A DNA stretch of 64,000 nt from Selaginella moellendorffii (taxonomy: Eukaryota; Plantae; Lycopodiophyta), in NCBI RefSeq assembly GCF_000143415.4, contig NW_003314413.1, positions 124,001 through 188,000 on the forward strand. The letters are read 5' to 3'. The notes below the pieces were generated by a model. The model worked only from the letters and a program-made list of their open reading frames with translations, did not search any database and was not told the origin of the DNA. The position numbers were made by a program, and so were the translations under genes. Positions 24,553 to 37,949 of the stretch are shown in pieces (the stretch's first letter is position 1; each line of letters starts with the position of its first letter).

Positions 24553-26712
24553 ATCATATCCATGTGATAGTGAACAATGTGTTTGCAAAGTTATTTGGTC
24601 AAATAATGATCAACCCCAAAGTGGTTGATGGAGAAGTTAGTCTATTTGCATATAATAGCATTGAAGATGGTGATTCATTATGCTAATCTTGAGTTAGTAC
24701 CTTATTTTCTTGAGAGTTTGCCCATAAGGTGTTAAAAAGGGTTATAACATTCACTTACTATAGCTTGTTAGTGAATTCATTGTATTTGGAATAGATTATT
24801 GGATGGAGAAGGTGTGTAGTTAAGGCATTGACATCGTTAACACTTGTGTTAATGGAAGTGGCATTGTTATTTAAGTGATATGAGGAATTTTCCTTAAAAT
24901 TTAATTTTCCATATCATTTTTCTTGTTAGTGTTTTGGCTTCACATTAGATTTTGAAGGTGATTAAAGAAGAGTGTTAGTGCAATATGGATATCCAAAGAT
25001 ATGGTCTTCGTGATCAAGCCTTGGATGTTCATTTTAAATGTTGATCATGCATAATTAACCTCTTCAATGCATGCTTAGAGCTGTTGGCTAAACTCATTAA
25101 TAAGGTTATTGCAGTTGATGGATTTGAATGGTCATTTAGTTTATACTTGTCTATGTTCCTATATCTCATACCTGGGATATTACGTTTATATTAGACAAAT
25201 ATATGACTTGATGGCGCAAATTTAGTGTTTGAGTCTTGTGAAAGGCAAGTTTAAAAAGTGATTCTTAGTTGCTTTGCAACTAGTGATTGCTTGTAGACTT
25301 TGTCGATGACTATTGATATTTACTTCACTTGATGATGATTTAGTAATGATAGACTTACTTTATTGAAAGGTGTTACAGAGGATTGTGTCGTGGCTTGCAT
25401 AATTTATCCATGTTGGTATGTTGACTCCTTTGTCAATATCATTTGGTTATATTTAGTCTATAGTGTTGGATTTCATAAAGTCTTAGATGTGGTGATTCAC
25501 TCTTTGATTAAATGTTATCTATAGCTGAGTATTGTTGAAAGATTAGTCTCGGGTACTAAATATAATATTTTCAACTTAGTTGCTAGAGAGTTTTAATGGT
25601 GGTTCACTTTTTCTTTCTATTAGCTTTGTTATGGTGATGATGGCTGAAGTGATGCCCTGTCATTGATATTATTGATATTGAGATTTTAGTGAAATGAGAT
25701 GTCTCTTAGTATGATTGATATTGAGTTTCATTAGTCTCGATGCAGATAATGTTGATGATTTGGCTATAGTTTTGTATTCTTTAGCATCCATGCATTTGCT
25801 AATTAACAATTATTTTGGTGTTCAAACGAACTAAGTTGCAAATTTGAGTTAGTTATGTTCTAGACAAGATTGTTTAGTTAATGTTGAGCTTTGGCTTTTT
25901 CTTGAAAAGTGATTTAGTCATGGACTATACTAACTTTATGAGAGGAAAAGTTAATAACCGATATTAAAGATATTGATTCTTTAATGGATTTGAGTTGAGG
26001 ATATATCAATCATTAATGATTCTTCTTATACTTGTTATAAAGTGAGTTATGTCTTGCTATAAATATGGATTCATAAAGGATCATTTAGTGATCATTTGTT
26101 GAGCATAACTTTATTATGCTTAACTTTTGAATTGATGCAGACATACTTTTCATTAGCTTTGCATTATAAAATTTAGCTTCTAGATGTGTTAAGAAGGATA
26201 TTATAGGTTGTATCATAATTTCTTCTTTACTATTGAAATTAGTACTTGTGATCATTATTAGGCGAAATTTGGCTATAGTCTTCTTTAAGCTTTTGGTTCT
26301 TTGAATTTTATATTTATTATTTCATTTGTTTGGAATTATTAGGGAAGGCATTTTGGCTTATTAACTTTGATATTAAAGTTAGTACTTGTATCTGGCAATC
26401 ATTGGTGATGATTGACTGTCATCTAAGATAGTTGATTATCCTTGTTAAAGGTTTTGTTTAATTATTTTTGATCTAAAATGATTTGCTATTCTTCAATATG
26501 GTGGATTTTTTCTTCGATAATGATTATACATTTCTTTATTGATGGGATGATTGATGATCTTTCATGATGGTTAATTGTTTTCTTTAATAGTTTTTGGCTT
26601 TTCGCATTACCACATGTTTGGGTTTGAGACATCAATAGGATGTTGTTGACACTTGTTTAAGCAACTTGAGTTCCTTTGTATTGTTGACTAGGATTTATTT
26701 AAATTGGCTAGT

Positions 26713-29700
26713 TGTGAGACACAAAATCCCTAGGCCCCAAAGTGGAGCCGGAAAGGGTGCCACGTGGTAGTGGCTGAAGCGAGAGCCAAACGAGCGTAAC
26801 ACGTTTGGACCAAAAGCTCCGACTTGAAAAGTCAAGAGCGGGAGTGGAACTCCCAACGAAGTGCTCGAGGAACGAGCATGAAGCAAGCAAAAAGCAAGGC
26901 TCCAAAAAGGGACCCAAAAGGACCAACACATGACATGTGGAAGTGTCCGAGATGGACTCGAGTTGGAGTCCGAAGTGGAGTCCGAGATGGACCCGAGATG
27001 GAGTCCGAGATGGAGTCCGAGGTGGACCCGAGATGGACCCGAAATGGAGTCCGAAATGGAGTCCGAGATGGACCCGAGATGGAGTCCGAGATGGAGTCCG
27101 AAGTCGAGACCGAGACTGGGACCGAGACCGAGACCGAGACCGAGACCAAGACCGAGATCGGGACCGAGAACGAGACCGAGGCCGAGGCCAAGACCGAGCC
27201 CGAGCCCGAGTCCGAGTCCGAGTCCGAGTCCGAGTCCGAGTTCGAGTCTGAGAGGGTGAAAGCCCAAAGCGTTCGTCTCCCAGACCCTGGGGGGTTTGGT
27301 GAGCTCCAAAAGTATAGTAGGGGGAGGACTGCAGTGGAGCCAGTTTGGCCAGGAAAGGCCAGTTTGGCCCAGGAAGGCCGGACCCAGTGTTGGGTGATGA
27401 GCTGCCCACTGGGAAGTCCAAGACTAGAGTGAACACAGACCGACAAGCGGGGTAGCTTGGTGAAGTGTTCAAGAGCCGGCTCTAGTTCCCCCGGGAGATC
27501 GACTGGCCGATGCTCCCAGTCCAAGTGTGGGTGGCACTACCTACTTGGATACCTGGTGTGGCTCAACGGAACCCGCTCTAAGCCCATGGCTAGAGCACCC
27601 AAGGGCAGAAGGCGAGGAGAGTACCCAGGTGGCTCGCGTAAGGCCACGGTGTTCCGAAATGTTGTCCCAAAGGCCCAGACTGTGGAAAGGAAGAGGAGCA
27701 GTCCTCTGGGGTAGTGACCAAGGACACAGTCGGGTGGTGAGGAAGTCCCAGAGGACCGTGGGACTTAGTGGTCAGGCCTATGGGTCTCGATCCAGTGGCA
27801 GTGTTGGCAAACACGGCCAGGGGCAGAAAGGGACTTAGTGGGGATTGACAGAGGGATATTGGGGAAGGCTATTCCCCTTGTCGGTGGGCATCCTAAGGAT
27901 GCTAAGGAGTGGATCTGAGAGGACCACTCACAGATGGTTTGCCTAGTCTTGGAGAGCCAAGACGGTGATGCAAGTGGTATTGGACTACCAGTGTGGCAAA
28001 GGTGATTGGGCATGGCCTTAGCGTAACGGGCTGCTATGTCGGTGGTACCTTTGAGTGTCGGTCATGGGATCGGACACGTGGAGCACTTGGACCAAGTGCA
28101 AATGTTGAGTGGCATAGATGCCATTCTCGGGGCTAGCAAGTCCCAAGTCCTGGATTGGACTCATGGAGGTTGTGAATGAGACTCCTCCAAGTGGTCAAAG
28201 GTGTGGTTAAGTGACTAAAGTAGAATGGAAAATTTAGTCGTTTACAACTTGGTATCGGAGCTGTTCCTTAGTCTGACTTTTATTGGTGCTCAAGTATGTC
28301 ACCACTAGTGTTGGGATCGGAAGGTCCGAGGAGTGGGCCTATCCTTGAGGAGTAGCAAGTCGGGAAGACATGGCTCTCCATTACAGTTCATGTGTGAACT
28401 TGTAGACGAGGTGGTGGATAGAAAAGGGCCAATAATGGAACGACTTTGGGATCTTGGGAACAGTGCAAGGTTTTCCTCATTGAGTTGAGGATGTGATCCG
28501 GATGAGCATTTGTCTCAGCAAATTGGCTAAGGTTGTTGTAGTAAACAACTAAAGTTGGGATCACGGGAAAGATAGAGACTCCAAAACAATAAAGGAGTCA
28601 CAAGATTATCCTCATATAATTGAGGTTGGTGCTCATGAATGTGAGACCAGAAATAATGACCGTGGGAGGTCAAATACGGAAGAGGACTCAAGTCCTTGAA
28701 ATGGTAGCCGGGGCTACCTTTAATAAATGCTGGAACAACCCAAGGAGTTGGGGGGTGTACTTAGAGATGAGTGGTATTCTCATCACATGGACAAGTAGTC
28801 ATAAGGGGCAAAGGTGGCCCCCAGAGAACAAAATCAAGTGTCAGAGTAACACTTGTGAAAATAGTCCTTTTGAGTGGGACAGGAATGCACGAAGTGTATT
28901 CCAGTGAGCTAGTGCCTCACAAGTAGGACCTTACGGGTCTGTGGATTAACCAAGTCCAAAATTGCTGGATGACTCAAGTAGAGTCAAGGGATGGTCCTAA
29001 AAGGACTGATGGAAGCATTTGGACTGAGGTGTGTTGTACCCCACAAAGGATGGGGGGGGGATCATAGGATCCAAGGATGAGAACAGAGGGTATCTCATCG
29101 ATGGCAAAATGTGCCATGCTAAAGTTATGGGAAAGATGTTCCCAGAAGAAAACAACATTGACACGAAGTTGTGTGGGACCTCTATGGTGCAGTGCTAACG
29201 GATGGTTGGCATGAGAAAGAGCAGTGTTGGTCTTGGCAAAGACTTAGACACGAAGGGGAAGTGTCATAGAGGTAGGCTCGTGGAGCCGATGGTGTGGAGA
29301 CACCAAATGTGCCAAGGTGTGATACCTTGAGGCTATGTTGGTGGGTTCATGAGAACCCCTTGCTAAAGGAATCCCAAGGGAAACGGGAATGGCATAGCCT
29401 AAGCTGCAGAGCATGCAATTGGAGTGTGGTGATCTAGATAATGATGGAGGTGTGGAAGCACCAAGCAATGAGTTGTAGGACTTGACAACTATGAGGCAAC
29501 TAAGCAAGAAGTGCAAAATAACTGGCTAAACAGGTAGAAAGTAGCTACCCAAGACTTCTTAATAGCATAAGGAAGTTGGATATACCCTTACGGGGGATAA
29601 GTTGCTTATGTTGCGATATAGTAAGTCAATGTCATAAAAGGAAATACTCATTGTCAAGAAAGCCATCATTGGGACACCCGAACACTCTAGAACACCAGAA

Positions 29701-32700
29701 GGTGGTGTTTGATGTCGCGAGGGCAATGGATAAAGCCCAAGGGACTAAGTCCCTAGCGAATGATGGATAGAAGGTGCTATCCAAATGTCCAAGGTTGCGG
29801 AGACAGGAGAGGACTGTCTACCCGAGTGGGACAAAGCCAAGAATGGAATTTTGGCAAGGCTAGTGATGGGCATGTAAAGGCCCATAAGCAACAATGTAAT
29901 CCCAGTGTGTGGGATTATAAGAAGAGCATACCCGGATTGAGGAACCACTCCCTGGGCTATTGGGTAGGTTCATCCCTAAGAATACTTGCTAAGGCATGAT
30001 AGAAAGTGCAAAGCTATCCTCCTGGTCTGGAGGAGAATAACCACAGGAAACATATGGGGCCAAAAGGCAAGAAGTATTGGGATGGAACTGAACCATAGAA
30101 ATCGAAGGGCATAACCAAGGTTGGTTATGCCAGCTGAGAGTGGAGAATCAAATGGGGGCTCAAGGGTGTTGCCGCTAGCAACCGTGATGCCATGGAGAGT
30201 CTAAAATATGGAATTGTCCATGTTAGACTATGTGGCAATTGGAAAGCTTGCAAAAAGGGAGGCCTTAGCAAGCTAAGGGACAGAGTTCCTTCAAGGTTCC
30301 CAAAGACGATTCTAGGTAGCTTAGTACCTAGAAAGGCCAAGTGTAAATGGTTCATAGAACGTGCGAAATCAGAGTGGCGCAGCAGAAGCGTGGTCTTGAA
30401 GCTTGCCATGAGGCAAGGCTGTCAAGGTTAGGGAAGTAGTTCCCGAGTGTTCAAAGAGAGGGCTTTGAACGAAAGTCGATGGTCAAGGACTTTCACACTT
30501 ATGCAGGAACCATGTTACAGTGGTCGGAGGACTTGCCAAGCGAGATTGGCAAGTCGGGGGAACAAATACCCTAGTTGAAGGTGATAACTTCAAAAAGGGT
30601 GGGCCATGGGGCCAAGCATGGAGGAGTCCATGCATGATCACAGACTTGTCAAGTGAGAGGACTTGGCAGTGTGGAGGAACTAGGTTCCTAAGCTGTGATC
30701 TGTAGCGCGCTTTAAATATAGGTTGGTGCACCGGCGTGGGGAGTCACGCCAGGCATCTTGTGTGATGCCGTCCGTAGATGCATATACGGAGGTTGGGTTC
30801 GAGTCCCGACCCTCTAGTGCTTGGGTTCGAGTCCCAAATCACTAGGGCGTGGTGATGGTTTGGAATATGAGGACACTCATATTTCGGTGGTCATGGACTC
30901 TCAGTGGGGAGACTGGTTTGGGCACACCGCCAAGCGAGGGATGCCTCGGAGTCGTGATGCACGGTTAGATTGCTTAGTGTGAAAGCTCGGCATATCTGAC
31001 TTGAACGCTTTGGTGCAAGTGGCACCAAGGACGTGGTGAGTGAGATGGGGACACCTAATCTCAGTTGCTATGGACCCTTGGCCAGAAGGGCTGGCTTGGG
31101 TGCACCGCCAAGTGTGGGGGATGCCCCCGGGGTCGTAGTTAACAAGTTAAAGGTCTGGAAGACCTAGTACCTATTGGCAAACCTGTTAAGGTGCCGAGGT
31201 GAGATCACTAGGTGATCTTGTGGCTAAATAAGGACAAGGTCCTTGTTTGGGTTAAGGAATAAGGTTCCTAGTTCAAAGTGTTGATTTGAACTATTGATGA
31301 TGGTGTGGCTTGGTCAAGGTGACCGAGTGGGAAAAGCACCTTAGGGAAATGAACTATGTCATTGCGATGGCATAGTGTGTCCAAGGAAAGTAGTCTCTAA
31401 AGAGACCCATGAGAGGGTCACAAAGTTGGGCCAAGGATAGAACCCACAGCAGAAGATGCTAAAAGAGACTTACTAGGGGTGAACACCCTAGTCTTGGCAA
31501 AGCAGAGCCTTTGCTATGGAATCAAAAGAATACCTCAAGAAGGGAGGTAGAGATTCGATGTTGCTTGGTGCAACAATCAACGGATAGGAGCAAAAGATGA
31601 GTGGCCAAGATAGGGCCGTGGAATCCCTTGGAAGGAATCCAAGTGACAAAGTTAGGCGAGGAACACTAATGTGTTGGACGCTAACAAATTGCGGGAAAGG
31701 AAGTGTGTTTCCAAGGATGGATTCCAAATTGCTCCGATTTGGCGAAAGTGGAAGCTCCAAAGGAGGGAGCGGTAAGGTAGCCAAATGATAGGGCGATGGA
31801 CAACCCTAGCACAAAGTGTGATAAATGGAACTTAGTGCCCAAGGTGGCACGAAATAGAAGAGAGGATGATGGTGCCCTCAAGTAATGAACTTCCTAGGAT
31901 AGGGAAGTGGAGTTGCACAATCTATGCAACGCAAAGTGTTGGAGACACCTAGGAAATTGACTTCCAAAAGTCAAAAGAGTAAAAGTTCTAAGGTGCAAAC
32001 ATTCAATAGATGGAAATTGAGACTACTCGAGAAGGAGTAGTGAGATTGACTTAGAGAAGGGTCTCTAAGAGGTTTAGCGAGAACTAAACCAATAAAAGGA
32101 GAGAACCACTACATGTGGTCCAATCAGTCTCTAAGTTGGAGAGACTACCCTCCTTAGAGGATAGGCAAGGCATGGTGAGCCTTTGGTGTCAAACCATTGA
32201 GGCATATGCAAAAGGCATGGTGAGCCTTCAATGTCAAACCCTTGACAAATATTGGCTAGGTGCCAAGGATGGAAATGGTAACACATGCGAGTGTTACTTT
32301 ACAAAATGGTTTACCGTTCGATGAGGACATCGAACTTCGTCTATGGGTGGTGGAGTTGTGAGACACAAAATCCCTAGGCCCCAAAGTGGAGCCGGAAAGG
32401 GTGCCACGTGGTAGTGGCTGAAGCGAGAGCCAAACGAGCGTAACACGTTTGGACCAAAAGCTCCGACTTGAAAAGTCAAGAGCGGGAGTGGAACTCCCAA
32501 CGAAGTGCTCGAGGAATGAGCACGAAGCGAACAAAAAGTGAGGCTCCAGAAAGGGACCCAAAAGGACCAACATATGACACGTGGAAGTGTCCGAGATGGA
32601 CTCGAGTTGGAGTCCGAAGTGGAGTCCGAGATGGACCCGAGATGGAGTCCGAGATGGAGTCCGAGGTGGACCCGAGATGGACCCGAAATGGAGTCCGAAA

Positions 32701-33794
32701 TGGAGTCCGAGATGGACCCGAGATGGAGTCCGAGATGGAGTCCGAGATGGAGTCCGAAGTCAAGACCGAGACCGGGACCGAGACCGAGACCGAGACCGAG
32801 ACCAAGACCGAGATCGGGACCGAGAACGAGACCGAGGCCGAGGCCGAGACCGAGCCCGAGCCCGAGTCCGAGTCCGAGTCCGAGTCCGAGTCCGAGTCCG
32901 AGTCCGAGTCCGAGTCCGAGTTCGAGTCTGAGAGGGTGAAAGCCCAAAGCGTTCGTCTCCCAGACCCTGGGGGGTTTGGTGAGCTCCAAAAGTATAGTAG
33001 GGGGAGGACTGCAGTGGAGCCAGTTTGGCCAGGAAAGGCCAGTTTGGCCCAGGAAAGGCCAGTTTGGCCCAAGTGTGGGTGGCACTACCTACTTGGATAC
33101 CTGGTGTGGCTCAACGGAACCCGCTCTAAGCCCATGGCTAGAGCACCCAAGGGCAGAAGGCGAGGAGAGTACCCAGGTGGCTCGTGTAAGGCCACGGTGT
33201 TCCGAAATGTTGTCCCAAAGGCCCAGACTGTGGAAAGGAAGAGGAGCAGTCCTCTGGGGTAGTGACCAAGGACACAGTCGGGTGGTGAGGAAGTCCCAGA
33301 GGACCGTGGGACTTAGTGGTCAGGCCTGTGGGTCTCGATCCAGTGGCAGTGTTGGCAAACACGGCCAGGGGCAGAAAGGGACTTAGTGGGGATTGACAGA
33401 GGGATATTGGGGAAGGCTATTCCCCTTGTCGGTGGGCATCCTAAGGATGCTAAGGAGTGGATCTGAGAGGACCACTCACAGATGGTTTGCCTAGTCTTGG
33501 AGAGCCAAGACGGTGATGCAAGTGGTATTGGACTACCAGTGTGGCAAAGGTGATTGGGCATGGCCTTAGCGTAACGGGCTGCTATGTCGGTGGTACCTTT
33601 GAGTGTCGGTCATGGGATCGGACACGTGGAGCACTTGGACCAAGTGCAAATGTTGAGTGGCATAGATGCCATTCTCGGGGCTAGCAAGTCCCAAGTCCTG
33701 GATTGGACTCATGGAGGTTGTGAATGAGACTCCTCCAAGTGGTCAAAGGTGTGGTTAAGTGACTAAAGTAGAATGGAAAATTTAGTCGTTTACA
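26713..33794 (+). mobile_element. Complete young copy (D) of the non-coding LTR family: 5' LTR 26713-28246, PBS 28250-28261, internal ~4.1 kb, 3' LTR 32357-33794, TSD CTAGT/TTAGT
   Basis: Near-identical TG...CA LTRs, tRNA-Met PBS TGGTATCGGAGC, purine tract GGGTGGTGGAG before the 3' LTR, and a 5-bp TSD with one C>T difference. No long ORF in the internal region. Confidence 0.94.
26945..27250 (+). repeat. LTR-internal minisatellite: 11-nt GAGATGGAGTCC/GAGATGGACCC-type units followed by GAGACC and GAGTCC hexamers (also at ~12335-12675, 18910-19290, 32590-32930)
   Basis: Directly visible. Unit number differs between LTR copies. It is the source of the low-complexity ORFs in the track. Confidence 0.95.
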
Positions 33795-36700
33795 TTAGTG
33801 TGATAGTTGGCATAAACAAGTGTTGTTGGTTTTGCCGCATTCATTTTGTTCTACTAATTATTGTTATAGTTAGTTCTGACAGATTGGATGTTATTTCCTT
33901 TGAATGATATATTCGCAAGCATTTTACTCGTTAATCAATGATATTTTGTGTTCTTTGAGTTATCTTATACAAGTTGTTTAGCATGCTATCTACATTCTTT
34001 GATAGTTAAATTTAATCATTAAGTTTCTTGATGATATATTGGCTATTGAATTTTGTTGGATAAAAATCCTATGTTTTCCAATTATGATGCATTTGGTGGT
34101 TTTTGTACTCTAATACTAGTTTATCGAATGATAATTTACTTGAAATACTTTTGTGTTCTAACCTAAGATTTATTAACAGATAATTAAGTCTTTAAGATAT
34201 CATTGTCTATGACTTTGATATTATTTATCTATTGATCTTTGGTTTGAGCCAATATAGGCAGATTAGCTTTGGCACTTTGTGTGTATGAGGAAATCTTTAG
34301 TCATAGGGTAGCTAGTGTGGACTGATTTCATCACTTACCTCTTTGTCAATGTTCCTTATTCCATAAAAAGGATATAACTGTGTAAACAATTTTAATTGTC
34401 TACTTACAGTAGTCTACCTAAACCTTACTAATGGGTTTGGTTTCTTTGCTCATAAGAGTTGAGGTCTCTGGCTTCTCTCTCTATATCCCTGCAAACAGGA
34501 GTGTATCACACTTTTGTAAGTTGAGTGATACCTAGAGCAGCAAGGATGGCTAACTCCGTTAATCATTTCCTTGTCAATGACGGCCGGAAGGTGTTTAAGT
34601 TGGTAATGCATTCATGTTAAACAAAGAGGTTACCTTAACTCATTTAAGTTGATGCATTTCTTATATAATGTGATCATTATGAACTTTTTCTAGAGTTGTT
34701 TCCTTATCGGTGGTTTAGACTAGAGTATGTATCAATAAGGACATCGATCTTTCCTAAGGGGGGAGAGTGTCGCGAATGTGATTTTGGTATCAAAAGTTAC
34801 CTGTCGGCTAATCCTTTCAAATATTCTTTCCTTACTACCACGATGGCAAGAAGTCAGTATTACTGGATCCTTTATTAATCTCTGCCTAAGCTAGTTGAGA
34901 AATTGGTCTTCACGTGTGCACTTGATCAAATAAGCATAAAGACGGAATTCCTAAGTGTTATTAGTCAAGCATACTTGATTTGGTTAGAGAAACTCATTCG
35001 CTAACTTGCACTTGCTAGTGTTGGGAACCCTCACGATATTGAGTTTAGTCCTTCAATATTATAGATTATTGTGTTTGCCAAACACCCTTGCTATCATGCA
35101 CTTTATGTTAGTATTGTTCAGTCCTAATTGCTATTTATGGAAAGTATCTAGATTTGCTCATTTCGTATATTTATGAAATGTAAAGATTGTCTTGAACACA
35201 ATGGTGTTCGTCCCATGTTTAAATTTGCAATCTAGGGACATTCCATATTTATTAAGTTTGGAGTTAGTCCCAGAGAATAACTCCTGGTACTAAGGATAGC
35301 TAAGGGTGAAAGCCCAAAGCATGTGTTCCTCAAGGGGGGGTTATAAGGGGTTTTAAATGTATAGTAGGGATAGTGGGTAGGTCGGGTATGCTTAACCAAC
35401 TTGAGGCATAGTCTAACTTTCACTTATATGCTTGTCCTTGTTTTGTGTCCAACTTGAGTCTAAGCCCAAGTTCCATACTATGCTAGTTGGTGAAGTACCT
35501 ATATCGCGTTAGGTTATCGGTATGCTAAAATAGCACTAGACTTCGTTTGGCCGTATTGGTCTTAGCATTAGGATGCTAGATGTTTTAGGACTATTCCAAA
35601 TCATTCCATGTTTCTGTCCTTTCACTCCTTAGGTTGAATGCTTAAAAGTCACTCCATACTTCAGTTCCTTCGCTCCTTAACTCCATGCTTAAAAATTTGG
35701 TTCCGTTCTTTCATTTAGTGGCCCAAGGCTTTAAAATTTGGGTTTTATACTATTGTCTTTGGGACATGTGGCATGTGGCAAATGGCATGTGACATGTGGC
35801 ACATGGAGGGTTTTAGGTTCCGCTTCATGGTTATTCTATTGAAAATTACTATAAGATAAAGGGTAAAAACCACATGCACTACAATTATAACATTCACTTG
35901 CTATAGCTTGTGGGGTTATCTGTTAGTACTTAGAGTAGATTTTTGGATGGAGAAAGTGTAATTCATTTATTATAACAATAGTCAAAAAGGAATTCTCTTG
36001 GAAAAAGCATACAATTAAGCATAATAGTTTACATTCTTTATATCTAGGAATTGTAAGGCTTAATGATTTTATCTTTACTTGAGTGAATTTAATTTCTCCC
36101 TCACAGTCACCGGCCATAAAAAAATTATAAGTAAATATAAATTTAATGTGCAACTAAACGTTTTAACTATATCAACTTAATGTATAACTAAATGCCCATT
36201 TAGCTTAGGTCTTTTGTACAATGAATCTAAAGTCTTTTGATCTAGAAAAACAAATGAAAAATAAATTTCATATTCCAACTCAATATTTGGATAGAGAAAT
36301 ATTTAATGTTCACCATTTGCTATGATTACAGTTTTGGATCCATCCACTCTCTTTAATACTCAAAACAACAATGTCACTTCCACTAATACAAGTACTAGTA
36401 AAATTAATGCCTCAACTACACATGCTAATGAAAATGCCAAAGAGACTCAATCATAGAATTGCAGTGTCAAAGTCTTGGAAATAACATTTATCTTGAACAC
36501 ACAAAAAACTCTCATACCTTATGAGGTATATAAACTTCTAAAATAACTTGCTCTAGATTAATTATATTATTTTTATTTGAGTCTCTTTCCATCATTCCTC
36601 TTGTAAAATATGCTATAACTTCAAGCGATCATTGCCACCACCATGAACGATCACTCATAGAGTCATTGTGAATATGAACAATTTATCATTAGAAATATCC

Positions 36701-37223
36701 CTATTTTGATATAACTATTACTTACACTAAATTGATGCTTCCAATATGCAACTAATTTGATTGGGCAATTGAATAGGTCTAAAGTGAATGTAAGGTTTTT
36801 TATTCAAAGAACCAGGGGAGCATATATTACAATTCTATTACTTGATGTTTAAGCTTAATATTATAATGTCTATCATGACTTTATTAAATGTCAAATTGAT
36901 TAAACATAATGTCTCTTTAGACTTACTTATATGCAATCACAATTTATATATAATTTATAAACAATGCAAAAAAGGATTTTACATTGCACCTTTTGCACTT
37001 AAATATAGGTGGATCTTTAAATGCATGAAATGCTTTTTGTTCTTTGTTCTTGCTGGTTTTTATATGTTTATCTTTACACCTAAATAATAACTAGGTTGAC
37101 GACTTGATGTATGACTTACATCATCAACATCCACCTCGAGATGTCCAATAATTGAAATGCTTATTTTACCCCTTTAATAATATCAATATTTATAATCTTT
37201 ACCACCATCTTCATCCAAGTCTA

Positions 37224-37900
37224 ATACACAGATCCCTAAGTCCAAAAATGGAGCCAAAGGCATGCCATATGGCAGTGGCTAAAAGAAAAGTTTAACAAGT
37301 GTAACATATATAGACTAAAAGCTATGATTGGAGAAGTTGAGAGTAAAAGTGGAACTCTTAAAAAAGTACTAAAGGAATAAGCATGAAGTAATTGATAAGT
37401 AAGTTTTTAAAAAGGGATAAAAGAACAACTAATATATGGCAATTGTTGTGACATATAGAAGTGTTAAAACTGAAGTTGTAAGACCGAAAAACTTGAAGTG
37501 GACCAATATCAAAACCATCTCACCCCACTAAATCAAAAGCCATATATGTCCAAGGCCTAATATATCCAGAGACAGATATATTCATGGCTAGAGGGTGAAG
37601 TGAAAGCCTAAAGTGATCATTTCCTAGATTCTAAGGGATTTGGTAGGTTTATATAGCATAGTGAGGGAGGACTTATGGGAACCAATATGATCAAAGATGT
37701 CTATATTTATATGGTGGGTGATAATATAAACATTAGATATAGATGGATAAATAAGGTCACATTTAACAAGCATACCAAAAGAGCAAGAGTGGGATCCTAC
37801 TAAAAAAGAAACTCTAAGCCTAATGACTAAGAAAATGAAAATACACTATATAAATCAGCTTTAAAACATCTAGAGTTGCACAAGGAATGAGCACAATAAA
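37224..37900 (+). mobile_element. Highly degenerate LTR fragment related to the A-D family
   Basis: ACACAGATCCCTAAGTCCAAAAATGGAGCC...AGTGGAACTC resembles the LTR start ACACAAAATCCCTAGGCCCCAAAGTGGAGCC...AGTGGAACTC. End boundary is approximate. Confidence 0.6.
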
Positions 37901-37949
37901 GATGGGTATGGCATGAAGCCATGACAGGCATCAATTAAAAAGAATATTT

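Larger units (their letters stand above)
15910..35883 (+). mobile_element. Heavily decayed Ty1/copia-like element hosting nested insertions: partial 5' LTR 15910-16791, 3' LTR 34768-35883
   Basis: 15910-16791 aligns with 35001-35883. PPT AAGGGGGGAGAG (34756-34767) precedes TG, and a degenerate PBS follows 16791. Vestigial RT/RNaseH-like sequence at ~33800-34470 lies just before the PPT, consistent with copia domain order. No intact ORF. Confidence 0.72.
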
